A stretch of 64,000 nt of DNA from Xanthobacteraceae bacterium (GCA_035639895.1 DASQXF010000143.1:7842-71841), one strand, 5' to 3'. Counted from the first letter of the stretch, positions 41,909 through 52,045 are shown. Numbers and translations: made by a program. Notes: a model not told the origin generated them from the sequence alone.

Positions 41909-43057
41909 ATGCCTGACGTAGACCCACCAACTTCGAGCGACCCGAGCGCGATCCGCAATCTGCCCGCGCTCATACCACAGGCGAGTCAAGCCGCGCCCGA
42001 AAGCGCCGACAATTGGTTCACGCGCGCACTGCGGACGATCTTCCGTTGGAAGTCGAACAACACCATCCGTGCCGACCTCAAGGATGTGCTGGAGGGTGCC
42101 GGCGACACGGGATTCTCGCCGGCCGAACGCACCATGCTCAAGAACATCCTTGGACTGCGCGAGCGCCGCGTCGTGGATGTGATGGTGCCGCGCGCCGACA
42201 TTATCGGCGTGCAACGGGACATCGCGCTGGGCGAGCTCATGAAGGTGTTCGAGAGCGCCGGCCATTCACGGCTCGTCGTCTATGACGAGACTCTCGACGA
42301 CGCCGCCGGGATGGTCCATATCCGAGACCTCGTCGCCCTCATGACCGTGCGCGCCACGGTTACCGGAACGGCCAACCGGCGCCGCAAAAAGCCGCTGCCC
42401 GCCGGCCTCGATCTCAAGGCCATCGATCTATCGATGCCGCTTTCGGCGGCAAAGATCGTACGTGAAATTCTGTATGCGCCGCCCTCCATGCCGGTCCTGG
42501 ATCTGCTCGCCAAGATGCAGACGACCCGCATCCATCTCGCCCTCGTGGTCGATGAATATGGCGGCGCCGACGGCGTGGTATCCATCGAAGACATCGTCGA
42601 GCAGATCGTGGGCGACATCGCCGACGAGCACGACGAGGATACGCCGCCGGGCGTGGTGCGCCAGTCCGACGGCTCGTTTCTGGCCGACGCTCGCGCGAGT
42701 CTCGAGGACGTCACTGCGATCATCGGCGCCGAATTCGATGTTGGCGACGTGACCCAGGAAGTGGACACCCTCGCCGGATACGTCGCCACCCGGATCGGCC
42801 GTGTGCCCGTGCGCGGGGAGCTTGTTCCGGGACCCGGCCCTTTCGAGCTCGAGATTCTCGATGCCGATCCGCGACGCGTGAAGAAGCTCAAGATCTACCG
42901 AGGGCTCGACAAGCAAAACGGCGGCCGGCCAGTGACACGGCGGCAGGCCGCGCCTGCACCGACGAGCGTATCCCCGTTCTCGCCGCCAGCAACCGGCGAG
43001 GACACTGACAAGCGTTCCTCCGATAGCGCACCATCCAAATCCGCCCACCGGCCGTGA
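41909..43057 (+). CDS. CorC/HlyC(TlyC)-family protein with CBS pair and transporter-associated domain
   Basis: 382 aa. ...MVPRADI...HSRLVVYDE...IHLALVVDEYGGADGVVSIEDIVEQIVGDI.... Low-complexity C-terminal tail of about 60 aa. Confidence 0.9.
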   Translation: MPDVDPPTSSDPSAIRNLPALIPQASQAAPESADNWFTRALRTIFRWKSNNTIRADLKDVLEGAGDTGFSPAERTMLKNILGLRERRVVDVMVPRADIIGVQRDIALGELMKVFESAGHSRLVVYDETLDDAAGMVHIRDLVALMTVRATVTGTANRRRKKPLPAGLDLKAIDLSMPLSAAKIVREILYAPPSMPVLDLLAKMQTTRIHLALVVDEYGGADGVVSIEDIVEQIVGDIADEHDEDTPPGVVRQSDGSFLADARASLEDVTAIIGAEFDVGDVTQEVDTLAGYVATRIGRVPVRGELVPGPGPFELEILDADPRRVKKLKIYRGLDKQNGGRPVTRRQAAPAPTSVSPFSPPATGEDTDKRSSDSAPSKSAHRP

Positions 43058-44709
43058 CGCTCAGCCGCCTCGCCGATGCGATCGTACAGGCCGAGGGATG
43101 GTGGCGCATTCTCATCGCCTTTCTCGCCGGCGCGTCCTCGACGCTAGCACTACCGCCGACGGATATTTGGCCGGTCCCTTTCATCACCTTTCCGATCCTG
43201 ATCTGGCTCGTCGACGGCACAGCCGGAGCCGGCCCGCGCGGGGTGCTGGCCGCGGCGGCTGCAGGCTGGTGGTTCGGGTTCGGCTATTTTCTCGCCGGGC
43301 TCTATTGGATCGGTCATGCATTTCTGGTGGACGCCAAGACGTTCGGCTGGCTCCTGCCATTCGCGGTGACTGCACTCCCGGCCGCCATGGCGGTCTACAC
43401 GGCACTCGGGCTCGTCCTGGCGCGACTGATCTGGACGCGTGGTGCGACCCGTGTGCTCGCGCTCGCGGTGTCCTTGACGATTGCGGAATGGCTGCGCGGC
43501 CACCTGTTCAGTGGCTTTCCCTGGAATGCCTATGGCTATGAACTGATCTCTCCGCTCTGGCTCGCCCAGGGAGCGGCCCTCATCGGCATCTGGGGCCTCA
43601 CGTTTCTCGCCGTCGCCGTTTATTCGTCACCGGCCGTGCTCGCCGACAGTCGGCTGGATACCAGGTGGCCGTGGCTGGCTCCCGCGCTGAGCACGGCCGC
43701 GATCGCGGCACTAGCGGTCTATGGGGCCATGCGGCTGGAGCGCACCCCCACACGCTTCGTCGAGGGCGTGCGGCTTCGCATCATGCAACCCAATCTGCAG
43801 CAGGACGAGAAGTTCAACTATTCACAGAAGCAGGAGGTGATGAGGCGCTATCTCGCCCTGTCGGATCAGCCGGGCGGCCTGCGCGATGTAACCATTCTGA
43901 TCTGGCCGGAGTCGGCGTTCCCATTCTTCCTCGTGCGCGAAACCGATGCGCTTGCACAGATCGCAGCGCTCCTACCGCCGGACACGGTGCTCATTACCGG
44001 CGCGATTCGCCCGCCGGACAGCCCGCCCGGAACCGTCATCACACGCGCCTACAATTCGATTTACGTGATCGGCCACGACGGCTCGATCCTTTCGGTCTAC
44101 GACAAGCTCCATCTCGTGCCTTTTGGCGAATACCTGCCGTTTCAGGATCTGCTCGAGCGGCTCGGTCTCATGCAGCTTACCAAGGTGCGCGGCGGATTCA
44201 TCCCCGGCGATCGTCGGCGCAACCACCCCGTGCCGGGAGCGCCGAATTTCCTCCCGCTGATCTGTTACGAGATCATTTTTCCCGGCGACGCGGTTCCGCG
44301 CACGGACCAGGAGGGATGGCTTTATCGCCATGTCGGCCGATATCTCGGCTGGCCATCCGTGGTGGGAACCGGGGAGCGCCCAGGCTGGCTGCTCAACCTC
44401 ACCAATGACGGCTGGTTTGGCGCGAGCGCCGGTCCGTACCAGCATTTTCAGCAGGCGCGCATACGCGCAATCGAAGAAGGCCTCCCGCTGGTACGGGTCG
44501 CGAATAGCGGAATTTCCGCAGTGGTCGATCCACTCGGACGAATCGTTAAATCGCTGCCGCTCGGCAGCGAGGGCGTGCTCGATGCGCCTCTGCCGCAGGC
44601 TATCCCTGCAGCGCCCTATGCCCGCCTAGGCGACGGACCCGTGGGTGCAGTACTGGGCATCGCCTTCCTGTGGGTCATACGTTCGCGCTGGCGCCTCGGG
44701 CGGCGCTGA
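43054..44709 (+). CDS. lnt: apolipoprotein N-acyltransferase
   Basis: 551 aa. GTGA overlap with the preceding stop. An N-terminal polytopic domain and a C-terminal nitrilase-like domain (...ICYEIIFP..., ...NLTNDGWFG...). Confidence 0.94.
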   Translation: MTLSRLADAIVQAEGWWRILIAFLAGASSTLALPPTDIWPVPFITFPILIWLVDGTAGAGPRGVLAAAAAGWWFGFGYFLAGLYWIGHAFLVDAKTFGWLLPFAVTALPAAMAVYTALGLVLARLIWTRGATRVLALAVSLTIAEWLRGHLFSGFPWNAYGYELISPLWLAQGAALIGIWGLTFLAVAVYSSPAVLADSRLDTRWPWLAPALSTAAIAALAVYGAMRLERTPTRFVEGVRLRIMQPNLQQDEKFNYSQKQEVMRRYLALSDQPGGLRDVTILIWPESAFPFFLVRETDALAQIAALLPPDTVLITGAIRPPDSPPGTVITRAYNSIYVIGHDGSILSVYDKLHLVPFGEYLPFQDLLERLGLMQLTKVRGGFIPGDRRRNHPVPGAPNFLPLICYEIIFPGDAVPRTDQEGWLYRHVGRYLGWPSVVGTGERPGWLLNLTNDGWFGASAGPYQHFQQARIRAIEEGLPLVRVANSGISAVVDPLGRIVKSLPLGSEGVLDAPLPQAIPAAPYARLGDGPVGAVLGIAFLWVIRSRWRLGRR

Positions 44710-44773
44710 CGCCAGGGCGGCTTGCCAATTGGAGGTTGTAATAGGCGTCGCCCGATTACAACTTTCGCCCGCC

Positions 44774-44791
44774 ATGTTACAATTGCAACAA
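44774..44791. promoter_or_regulatory. AT-rich quasi-palindromic box ATGTTACAATTGCAACAA (candidate operator), copy A
   Basis: GTTACA-AT-TGCAAC inverted hexamers. It is 17/18 identical to 61983-62000. It overlaps the likely -35 region upstream of the XRE gene (TATATT at 44808-44813). Confidence 0.4.
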
Positions 44792-44944
44792 ATTGAAGAT
44801 TCCACTGTATATTAAAGCATTTATGGAGATCCCAGCCATGTTTAGCTTTCAACAATTTTTTGCAGTGCTCGCCGATTTTGCTCGGAATACGATTGCGTTC
44901 CGGCCGCCCAGCGGGAACATTAGCGAGTTCCATAGGAGATTGTT

Positions 44945-45355
44945 ATGGCCGCCGCCAAAAAGGCTCCAAACCCGATCGACAGGCACGTTGGCAGCAGGGT
45001 GCGCATGCGTCGCATGATGCTTGCCATGAGCCAGGAGAAGCTCGGCGACGCGCTCGGCCTCACTTTCCAGCAAGTGCAGAAATACGAAAAGGGCACTAAC
45101 CGTATCGGGGCAAGCCGGTTGCAGCAGATCTCCCACATCCTGCAAGTGCCGGTGGCGTTCTTCTTTGAAGGAGCGCCCAGCCTGCACAGTTCGGTGGATG
45201 GAATGAAAGAAGCGCCCTCCCCCGCCTATGTCTCGGATTTCCTCGCCACCTCCGAAGGGCTCTCGCTGACCAAGGCTTTCATGCGCATTAAGGAGCCCAA
45301 GCTTAGGCGCCGCATCGTCGATCTCGTCGAGGAGATCGCCGGTGACGATGACTGA
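44945..45355 (+). CDS. XRE-family helix-turn-helix transcriptional regulator
   Basis: 136 aa with a GGAGA SD. ...VGSRVRMRRMMLAMSQEKLGDALGLTFQQVQKYEKGTNRIGASRL... HTH_3 domain. Conserved neighbour of metK in Rhizobiales-type genomes. Confidence 0.9.
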   Translation: MAAAKKAPNPIDRHVGSRVRMRRMMLAMSQEKLGDALGLTFQQVQKYEKGTNRIGASRLQQISHILQVPVAFFFEGAPSLHSSVDGMKEAPSPAYVSDFLATSEGLSLTKAFMRIKEPKLRRRIVDLVEEIAGDDD

Positions 45356-45509
45356 GGAGCGGACAAAAGCCGGCCGGGCCCACGGTTCTCGTGGGTCGGC
45401 CCACGCTTCGCCCACACCTTGACCCCGTGCGGGGACGCTGCAAGAAACACTGCAGGCTTAACCAGCCGGTGAGCGTTGCCATCGCGCCTGCGGAGGGGAG
45501 TTCTTTTCA

Positions 45510-46784
45510 GTGTCACACGTCAATTATCTCTTCACCAGCGAATCTGTTTCCGAAGGTCATCCCGACAAGGTCTGCGATCAGATTTCGGATGCGATCCTCG
45601 ACGCATTCATCGAGAACGACATCAAGCTCGGTATCGCCGACGACAGCCTGGTGAATACGCGGCTCGGCTGTGAGACGCTCTGCACTACCAACAAGATCGT
45701 CATTGCCGGCGAGGGTCGCGGGCAGGCGCCGCTATTCACCAAGTACGGTGGCCACGCCGTTGTTAACCGCGAGTTGATCAGCGAGATCGCGCGCAAAGTG
45801 GTGCGTGATATCGGCTACGACCAGAACGGATTCTCCTATCATGGCGCCGACGTCGAGGTGCTGCTGCACGGCCAATCGCCTGACATTGCCCGGGGCGTCG
45901 ACGCCAAAAAGAAGAAAGGCGAGGAGCAAGAGGGTGCAGGCGACCAGGGCATGATGTTCGGCTTCGCCTGCACTGAAAGCGAGGTGTACGAGAAGGGCTC
46001 GTTCATGCCGGCCCCTATCTACTTCGCGCACAAGATCCTGAAGGTCCTGGCAGAGAAGCGTCGTTCGAAGCAGCTGTTCGATCTGCAACCCGACGCGAAG
46101 AGCCAGGTGACGGTGCAATATGTCGAGGGCAAGCCGATTGGGTGTACCAAGGTGGTCGTCTCGACTCAGCACAATGCCGAGACCCGCAACAGCAAAAAGT
46201 ACTCGCCGGCAATGGTCAAGGACTTGATCGGCGATGCCGTGGCTTCCGCGCTGCCGGACGGTTGGATGCCCAAGAGAGCGAACGATTTCCTGGTCAATCC
46301 CACCGGCAATTTCGTTGTGGGCGGGCCTGACGGCGACTGCGGGCTAACTGGCCGCAAAATCATCGTCGACACTTACGGCGGTTACGCGCCCCACGGCGGC
46401 GGCGCCTTCTCCGGCAAGGATCCGACCAAAGTCGACCGCTCGGCTGCCTACGCCGCGCGCTATCTCGCCAAGAACGTCGTCGCCGCCGGTGTCGCCGAAC
46501 GTTGCACCATCCAGATCGCCTATGCCATCGGAGTCGCCGATCCAATGTCGCTGCTGGTCGATCTGCATGGCACCGGAAAGGTCGACGAAAGGAAGCTCGA
46601 AAAAGCGTTGCCCGAAATCTTGCGGCTTACGCCGACCAACATCCGTCGCACGCTCAAGCTGAACCGGCCGATCTACCGCCGCACCGCCGCCTACGGCCAT
46701 TTCGGTCGTGCGCCGGAGAAGGACGGCGGCTTCTTCTGGGAGAAGACCGACCTGGTGAAAGACATCAGGACCGCGGTCGCCTAA
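45510..46784 (+). CDS. metK: S-adenosylmethionine synthase
   Basis: 424 aa with a GTG start and a GGAGGGGA SD. ...[14 protein letters not shown]..., GAGDQG, ...DAKSQVT... and ...[19 protein letters not shown]... Confidence 0.97.
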   Translation: MSHVNYLFTSESVSEGHPDKVCDQISDAILDAFIENDIKLGIADDSLVNTRLGCETLCTTNKIVIAGEGRGQAPLFTKYGGHAVVNRELISEIARKVVRDIGYDQNGFSYHGADVEVLLHGQSPDIARGVDAKKKKGEEQEGAGDQGMMFGFACTESEVYEKGSFMPAPIYFAHKILKVLAEKRRSKQLFDLQPDAKSQVTVQYVEGKPIGCTKVVVSTQHNAETRNSKKYSPAMVKDLIGDAVASALPDGWMPKRANDFLVNPTGNFVVGGPDGDCGLTGRKIIVDTYGGYAPHGGGAFSGKDPTKVDRSAAYAARYLAKNVVAAGVAERCTIQIAYAIGVADPMSLLVDLHGTGKVDERKLEKALPEILRLTPTNIRRTLKLNRPIYRRTAAYGHFGRAPEKDGGFFWEKTDLVKDIRTAVA

Positions 46785-46816
46785 GCCGGTCGACGCAAGC
46801 GCGTGAGGGGTCCACC

Positions 46817-47590
46817 ATGGCGGGTGTCGTGACCGCCATGTCCACATCCGATCAAGGGAATGCGCGGCGTGGCGCCTTTTTCGGGCGTCGCAAGGGTCAT
46901 GCCTTGCGGCCGCGTCAGGCGCAGTTATTCGATAGTCTGCTGCCGCGGCTCGCCCTTGACTTGACCGCGCCCGCCCCAGCCGATCTGGCAGCCCTGTTCC
47001 CCAATCCGGTGGATGAGGTCCGGCTGGAGATCGGATTCGGCGGCGGAGAGCACATGATCGCCCAGGCCGAACAGCGCCCGCGCGCTGGTTTCATCGGGGT
47101 CGAACCGTTCGTCAACGGAATGGCCAAGGCGCTCGCGGCCATCGAGCTGAAGAAGCTTTCTAATATCCGGTTGCATTTCGATGACGCGACATCCCTGCTT
47201 CAATGGTTGCCGGCGGCTTCGCTCGCGTGCGTCGACCTGATCTACCCGGATCCCTGGCCGAAACGGCGGCATTGGAAGCGACGCTTCGTCCAGGAGGAGA
47301 GCATTTCCGCGATCGCACGCATTCTGCAGCCGGACGGGGAGCTCCATTTTGCAACCGACGTTCCGGACTATGCGGCCTGGGCCCTGAAACGTGTGATCCA
47401 ATCGCCCCACTTCACCTGGACGGCAGAACGTGCCGGCGACTGGCGCCATGCGTGGCCCGGCTTCTCCGGCACCCGCTACGAAGCCAAGGCAAAGCGTGAA
47501 GGCCGCGCACCCTGCTATCTGACTTTCCGCAGGACGCACGGAGGCCGGGGGTCCGATGTGCGACGGCGCACAAGGCAGGAAAACGCGTGA
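46817..47590 (+). CDS. trmB: tRNA (guanine-N7)-methyltransferase
   Basis: In-frame part of ORF 46502..47590 from MAGVVTAM (ATG 46817). ...EIGFGGGEH... and ...YPDPWPKRRHWKRR... Confidence 0.92.
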   Translation: MAGVVTAMSTSDQGNARRGAFFGRRKGHALRPRQAQLFDSLLPRLALDLTAPAPADLAALFPNPVDEVRLEIGFGGGEHMIAQAEQRPRAGFIGVEPFVNGMAKALAAIELKKLSNIRLHFDDATSLLQWLPAASLACVDLIYPDPWPKRRHWKRRFVQEESISAIARILQPDGELHFATDVPDYAAWALKRVIQSPHFTWTAERAGDWRHAWPGFSGTRYEAKAKREGRAPCYLTFRRTHGGRGSDVRRRTRQENA

Positions 47591-47599
47591 GTTTTAACT

Positions 47600-48703
47600 T
47601 TACCTATTGTCAGTCGTCCGCGGTCGGTCATCTGATCGCGCCTGCCAAAACCGCACGACGCGCCGGGCGGTCGCGGCCGACAGGCGGTCGAAGTCGGCGC
47701 GGACGGCGTCGAAATCTTCGCTTGATGCTCGCGCGTTGCATGGCCGTATCTTGAGGATAGCGGCGGTGGTCGTCCAGGCCCAGCCCGCCGACTTGCAAAG
47801 GATAAGCACCGGATCGGGCTTCTCCGCCCCCATGAGGCGATCCACCACTTCGATAGGTACGGCGCAAAGCGAGGCCAATGCGGCGATCATTGGCTCAAAT
47901 TCTCCATTCTCTGCGAACGTGACGAGGCGCGCCTCGTCGAGCTTGCCCTCTCGAAGTAGCGCCGCAACGCTGCGCTGCGCGTGTGAGTAGTCGCGGGCCT
48001 TGATAGGTCCCTCTGTTTCACTCGAGACTTTCGCCGACACCAGTCGAATCTCGGGCCGCTTTTCGGATACCGTCCGTGGGACGAGCCGCCGCTGCACGGC
48101 ATGAGTGGCCGTAAGCAGCAGCTCGTGCAGCAGCCGCGGCGGAACGTCGGGCCGCAGCACGATCTTTTCAGCCAGCACGGGATCGGTTTCCGCGCGCTCC
48201 ATCAGAACGCAAAAGCCGTCACGGGATAGACGTGCGCCGCGATTCTCCGCCAAGCTGCGCAATACCTCCTGGTCACCGTGCCGCACGAGCACGTCGGTCA
48301 CCGGCTCGGCGAGGTGGGCCCGACCGGAGATGGCGAGCAGATGCGCTTGACTCTTGTTCTGGATGACGTCGACGAGGTCGGTTTCGGATAGGCGCCGTGC
48401 CTGCTTCAGCACGGGACCCGCAACCGCAATCGAATCATCGCGCGCGAGGCGGCGCACCGCCGCGGCCGGCGCATTGCCGAGAGGCGCGAGCCGACAGGAC
48501 AGAGCGCTGCGCGCCGTATTCTCGATGTGATCGATCAAGCGGGTGAACACCAAATCGAACAGTTGGACATGATCCTCATTGAAGCGACTCGCCCCATCGA
48601 GGAAAAATGCGGTCACGCGTTCGAGCGTTTCGGCCTGCCGCTCGCGTGAACCGCGCATGATCAGCTCATCCAGTTCTGGAATGTGCAGGACGTGCGCGGA
48701 CAT
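47600..48703 (-). CDS. DUF2336 domain-containing protein
   Basis: ORF 47600..48721 trimmed to MSAHVLHIPE. HEAT-like repeats ...RLARDDSIAVAGPVLKQARRLSETDLV... typical of DUF2336. Confidence 0.85.
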   Translation of the reverse strand: MSAHVLHIPELDELIMRGSRERQAETLERVTAFFLDGASRFNEDHVQLFDLVFTRLIDHIENTARSALSCRLAPLGNAPAAAVRRLARDDSIAVAGPVLKQARRLSETDLVDVIQNKSQAHLLAISGRAHLAEPVTDVLVRHGDQEVLRSLAENRGARLSRDGFCVLMERAETDPVLAEKIVLRPDVPPRLLHELLLTATHAVQRRLVPRTVSEKRPEIRLVSAKVSSETEGPIKARDYSHAQRSVAALLREGKLDEARLVTFAENGEFEPMIAALASLCAVPIEVVDRLMGAEKPDPVLILCKSAGWAWTTTAAILKIRPCNARASSEDFDAVRADFDRLSAATARRVVRFWQARSDDRPRTTDNR

Positions 48704-48820
48704 TGTCAGGTTCGAAAGCAAGGTGACTCGAGAAGAATTGACGCGGTGCGTGGTCGAAAGGTTAGGGGCGGAATCTGAAGGAAGGGTTAGTTAATCGAAG
48801 CTTGGCTTGGCTGCAGCCCC

Positions 48821-48848
48821 TTGCGCACCCGCGGCAAATCGCTATATT
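48821..48848 (+). promoter_or_regulatory. predicted sigma70-type promoter of the rimP-nusA-infB operon
   Basis: TTGCGC (48821-48826), a 16-nt spacer, then TATATT (48843-48848). The overlapping CTATAT (48842-48847) matches the alphaproteobacterial -10 consensus. Confidence 0.5.
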
Positions 48849-48878
48849 TGCCTCGTCCAGCTATTGGATGTCTCATAA

Positions 48879-48905
48879 CGGTCGGATGTGGTCCGGTCGG
48901 TTTTT
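48879..48905 (+). terminator. leader terminator 1 upstream of rimP
   Basis: An 8-bp stem (48879-48886 with 48892-48899, including two G-U pairs), loop TGTGG, then TTTTT (48901-48905). Confidence 0.5.
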
Positions 48906-48906
48906 G

Positions 48907-48939
48907 AGAGTGGGTTCCCCCCGGGACCCGCTCTTTTTT
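48907..48939 (+). terminator. leader terminator 2 upstream of rimP
   Basis: An 11-bp stem (48908-48918 with 48923-48933, including two G-U pairs), a CCCC tetraloop, then TTTTTT (48934-48939). Confidence 0.7.
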
Positions 48940-49003
48940 GTTACCGAAATTGGGCCCGGTCGTACCGGGACGGCAGTTAAACAAGGTTGCCCGGCAGAGC
49001 TGA

Positions 49004-49699
49004 ATGACGGCAGCGACCGACATCATCGAGGCAAATGGCGAGCCGCGCCTGATCGGCGAGCAGGGTATTGCCGCACGCGTGGCCGCCATCAGCGAGCCCG
49101 TCCTGGCAGGGATCGGGTATCGCCTCGTGCGAGTGAAAATCTCCGGGCTGGATGGCTGCACGGTGCAGGTTATGGCCGAGCGTCCGGACGGCACGATGAC
49201 GGTCGAGGACTGCGAGGCGGTCTCGCGCGCGCTCTCGCCGGTGCTCGACGTGGCGGATCCGATCGATCGGCCCTATCGACTGGAGGTATCCTCGCCGGGC
49301 ATGGATCGCCCGCTGGTGCGGCGCTCGGATTTCGCCCGCTTCGCCGGGCATCGCATCAAGGTGGAAATGGCGACCGCGATCAACGGGCGCCGTCGGTTTC
49401 GCGGCGTGCTGCTGGGGATGGAGAATGACGCCGCATGCCTTCGGCGCGACGACGCCGCACCCGGTGAAGCAGACGAAGTTCTGCTGCCGATCGAGGAAAT
49501 GGCGGAAGCCAAGCTTGTCCTCACCGACGACTTGATTGCCGAGTCGCTTAGGCGCGGCAAAGCGGCAGAACGTGCGGCACGGCGGCAGCGGGCGCAGAAC
49601 AGAGATCGAGGGGCCGAGGGCCGTCAGACGTCCGAAGCTCCACCCAGACAGCCTACGCCGGTCGATTACCGGGACGAGGCTCAGAACGAAGGAGACTAA
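49004..49699 (+). CDS. rimP: ribosome maturation factor RimP
   Basis: 231 aa. ...[11 protein letters not shown]...[14 protein letters not shown].... Directly upstream of nusA. Confidence 0.93.
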   Translation: MTAATDIIEANGEPRLIGEQGIAARVAAISEPVLAGIGYRLVRVKISGLDGCTVQVMAERPDGTMTVEDCEAVSRALSPVLDVADPIDRPYRLEVSSPGMDRPLVRRSDFARFAGHRIKVEMATAINGRRRFRGVLLGMENDAACLRRDDAAPGEADEVLLPIEEMAEAKLVLTDDLIAESLRRGKAAERAARRQRAQNRDRGAEGRQTSEAPPRQPTPVDYRDEAQNEGD

Positions 49700-49702
49700 C
49701 CG

Positions 49703-51313
49703 ATGGCCGTGAGCGCCAACCGGCTGGAACTGCTGCAAATCGCTGACGCGGTTGCACGCGAGAAGGCGATCGACCGCAGCATTGTCATCACCGCCATGGA
49801 GGATGCGATCCAGAAGGCGGCGCGTTCGCGCTACGGCAGCGAGACTGAAGTGCGCGCCGAGATCAATCCGAAGACCGGCGAGATGCGGCTCTCACGCCTG
49901 CTGCTGGTGGTAGATCAAGTCGAAAACGATGCGACGCAGATTGCGCTCGAGGATGCAAAAAAGCGCAACCCCGCCGCGCAGGTCGGCGACTATATCGCCG
50001 AAGCCTTGCCGCCGCTCGAATATGGCCGCATTGCAGCCCAGTCGGCGAAGCAAGTGATCGTACAGAAGGTTCGCGAAGCCGAGCGCGATCGCCAATACCA
50101 GGAATACAAGGATCGCATTTTCGATATCGTCAACGGCATCGTCAAACGGGTCGAATACGGCAACGTGATCGTCGATCTCGGCCGTGGCGAGGCAATCGTG
50201 CGCCGCGACGAATTGTTGCCGCGAGAAACGTTCCGCAATGGCGATCGTATCCGCGCTTTTATCTACGATGTGCGCCGCGAACCGCGTGGGCCACAGATAT
50301 TTCTGTCGCGCACCCACCCGCAATTCATGGCCAAGCTGTTCGCACAGGAAGTGCCGGAGATCTACGACGGAATCGTCGAGGTCAAGGCGGTGGCGCGCGA
50401 TCCCGGCTCGCGTGCGAAGATAGCAGTGATTTCCCGGGATTCGTCGGTTGATCCGGTCGGCGCCTGCGTCGGCATGCGCGGTTCTCGCGTGCAAGCCGTG
50501 GTCAACGAGCTACAGGGGGAGAAGATCGACATCATTCCGTGGACCGCGGATCCCGCCAACTTCGTGGTCAATGCTCTGGCGCCTGCGGAAGTGGCCAAGG
50601 TCGTCCTGGACGAAGATCGCCATCGGATGGAAGTGGTCGTTCCCGACCAGCAGCTCTCGCTTGCAATCGGCCGGCGCGGCCAGAATGTCCGACTCGCCTC
50701 ACAGCTTACCGGCTGGGACATCGACATCGTCACCGAGCAGGAAGAGTCGGAGCACCGCCAGGCCGAATTCGAAAAGCGCACCAAGCTGTTCATCGAGGCG
50801 CTCAACGTCGACGAAGTGGTCGGTCAGCTGCTCGCTTCCGAGGGGTTCAACTCGGTCGAGGAACTCGTCATGGTGGACGAGAAGGAGCTCGCGGGAATCG
50901 AGGGTTTCGATGAAGAGACCGCGGGCGAATTGCAGACGCGGGCCCGCGACTATCTCGCTCGACAGGAAGCCGAGCTTGACGAACAGCGCAAGCAGCTCGG
51001 TGTTGAGGACGCGCTCAAGGATATCCCAGGTGTCAACACCGCCATGCTGGTGAAGTTGGGCGAGAACGACATCAAAACGATCGAGGACTTGGCCGGTTGC
51101 GCCACCGACGACCTCTTCGGCTGGAGCGAACGCAAGGACGGCGAGACGATGCGCTATCCGGGCGCCCTCGACGGCTTCGATCTGTCGCGCGACGACGCCG
51201 AAGCCCTGATCATGCAGGCGCGCGTCAAGGCTGGCTGGATCAAGGAAGAAGATTTGGCGCCACCTCCCGGCGAGGACGAGGGCGTCGTCGAGCCGACTGC
51301 GACACCGGCCTGA
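49703..51313 (+). CDS. nusA: transcription termination/antitermination factor NusA
   Basis: 536 aa. ...[17 protein letters not shown]..., S1 and KH domains (...[14 protein letters not shown]..., ...[19 protein letters not shown]...) and C-terminal acidic repeats. Confidence 0.97.
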   Translation: MAVSANRLELLQIADAVAREKAIDRSIVITAMEDAIQKAARSRYGSETEVRAEINPKTGEMRLSRLLLVVDQVENDATQIALEDAKKRNPAAQVGDYIAEALPPLEYGRIAAQSAKQVIVQKVREAERDRQYQEYKDRIFDIVNGIVKRVEYGNVIVDLGRGEAIVRRDELLPRETFRNGDRIRAFIYDVRREPRGPQIFLSRTHPQFMAKLFAQEVPEIYDGIVEVKAVARDPGSRAKIAVISRDSSVDPVGACVGMRGSRVQAVVNELQGEKIDIIPWTADPANFVVNALAPAEVAKVVLDEDRHRMEVVVPDQQLSLAIGRRGQNVRLASQLTGWDIDIVTEQEESEHRQAEFEKRTKLFIEALNVDEVVGQLLASEGFNSVEELVMVDEKELAGIEGFDEETAGELQTRARDYLARQEAELDEQRKQLGVEDALKDIPGVNTAMLVKLGENDIKTIEDLAGCATDDLFGWSERKDGETMRYPGALDGFDLSRDDAEALIMQARVKAGWIKEEDLAPPPGEDEGVVEPTATPA

Positions 51314-51322
51314 GGACATCGA

Positions 51323-52012
51323 ATGCTTGGTCGACCGCACGATGATGCACTCGATCTTGGGCCGCGCAAGCGCGCGGCAGGGACGCAGCGGTTTTGCGCC
51401 GCCACGGGAGCGATCAGACCCGTCGACGAGATGATCCGCTTTGTCATAGGGCCGGACGGCACTCCGGTGCCGGATCTCAAGCGCCGACTACCCGGGCGCG
51501 GGATCTGGATCACGGCGACCCGCGCGGCGGTGCACACCGCGATTACACGCAAGGCCTTTGCACGCGCCTTCAAGCGTGACGTGCGCCTTGGCCCCGATCT
51601 CGTGCAAGCGACGGAGCGTCTGATCGAACGCACCGCGCTCGACGGTCTCGCGATCTGCCACAAGGCGGGCAAGGTCGCGATCGGCTTTACCAATGTCGAA
51701 GCGGCGCTCGCTCGCGCCCAGGTCGTCGCACTTCTCGACGCTGTCGAAGCCGCTCCCGATGGCGTGAAAAAGCTCACGGCCGCCTTGCGCCGGCGCGCGG
51801 ACGCGGCGGAAATCGCCGTGATCGGTGCATTTACCTCGGCGCAATTGGATTTGGCATTGGGGCGGGCAAATGTGATACATGCAGCCCTGCTCGCCGGTCC
51901 TGAAAGCGAGACGTTTCTGGCGCGTGCCGCGCGCCTCGAGCGTTTCCGAACGGGCTCCCGATCGGTGGACGTCACGCCGGCAACGGGGCCGATGTGCGCG
52001 GCGGGAACATAA
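51323..52012 (+). CDS. YlxR-like RNA-binding protein (DUF448) fused to an L7Ae-like domain
   Basis: 229 aa. ...RFCAATGAIRPVDEMIRFVIGPDG...LPGRGIWI.... Positioned between nusA and infB. Confidence 0.85.
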   Translation: MLGRPHDDALDLGPRKRAAGTQRFCAATGAIRPVDEMIRFVIGPDGTPVPDLKRRLPGRGIWITATRAAVHTAITRKAFARAFKRDVRLGPDLVQATERLIERTALDGLAICHKAGKVAIGFTNVEAALARAQVVALLDAVEAAPDGVKKLTAALRRRADAAEIAVIGAFTSAQLDLALGRANVIHAALLAGPESETFLARAARLERFRTGSRSVDVTPATGPMCAAGT

Positions 52013-52045
52013 TGAAACGGGCGCGAGCTCGGAGTTGGGATTGGA

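Noticed and set aside
45356-45509. The structured spacer upstream of metK, considered as a SAM-II, SAM-V or SAM/SAH riboswitch.
   Set aside because: It contains hairpins (for example CTGCA...TGCAG near 45448-45467). I cannot recognise the conserved pseudoknot or core nucleotides of any SAM riboswitch class from memory. A cmscan is needed before any claim.
48866-48905. A CTCATAAC motif (tRNA-Met CAU anticodon-loop look-alike) followed by GGTCGG...CCGGTC upstream of rimP, reminiscent of metY preceding rimP in E. coli.
   Set aside because: I could not build a cloverleaf. There is no acceptor stem or D arm, the anticodon stem does not pair, and the hairpin loop is not a T loop. I treat it as terminator 1 of the leader. 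A decayed tRNA relic is possible but unsupported.
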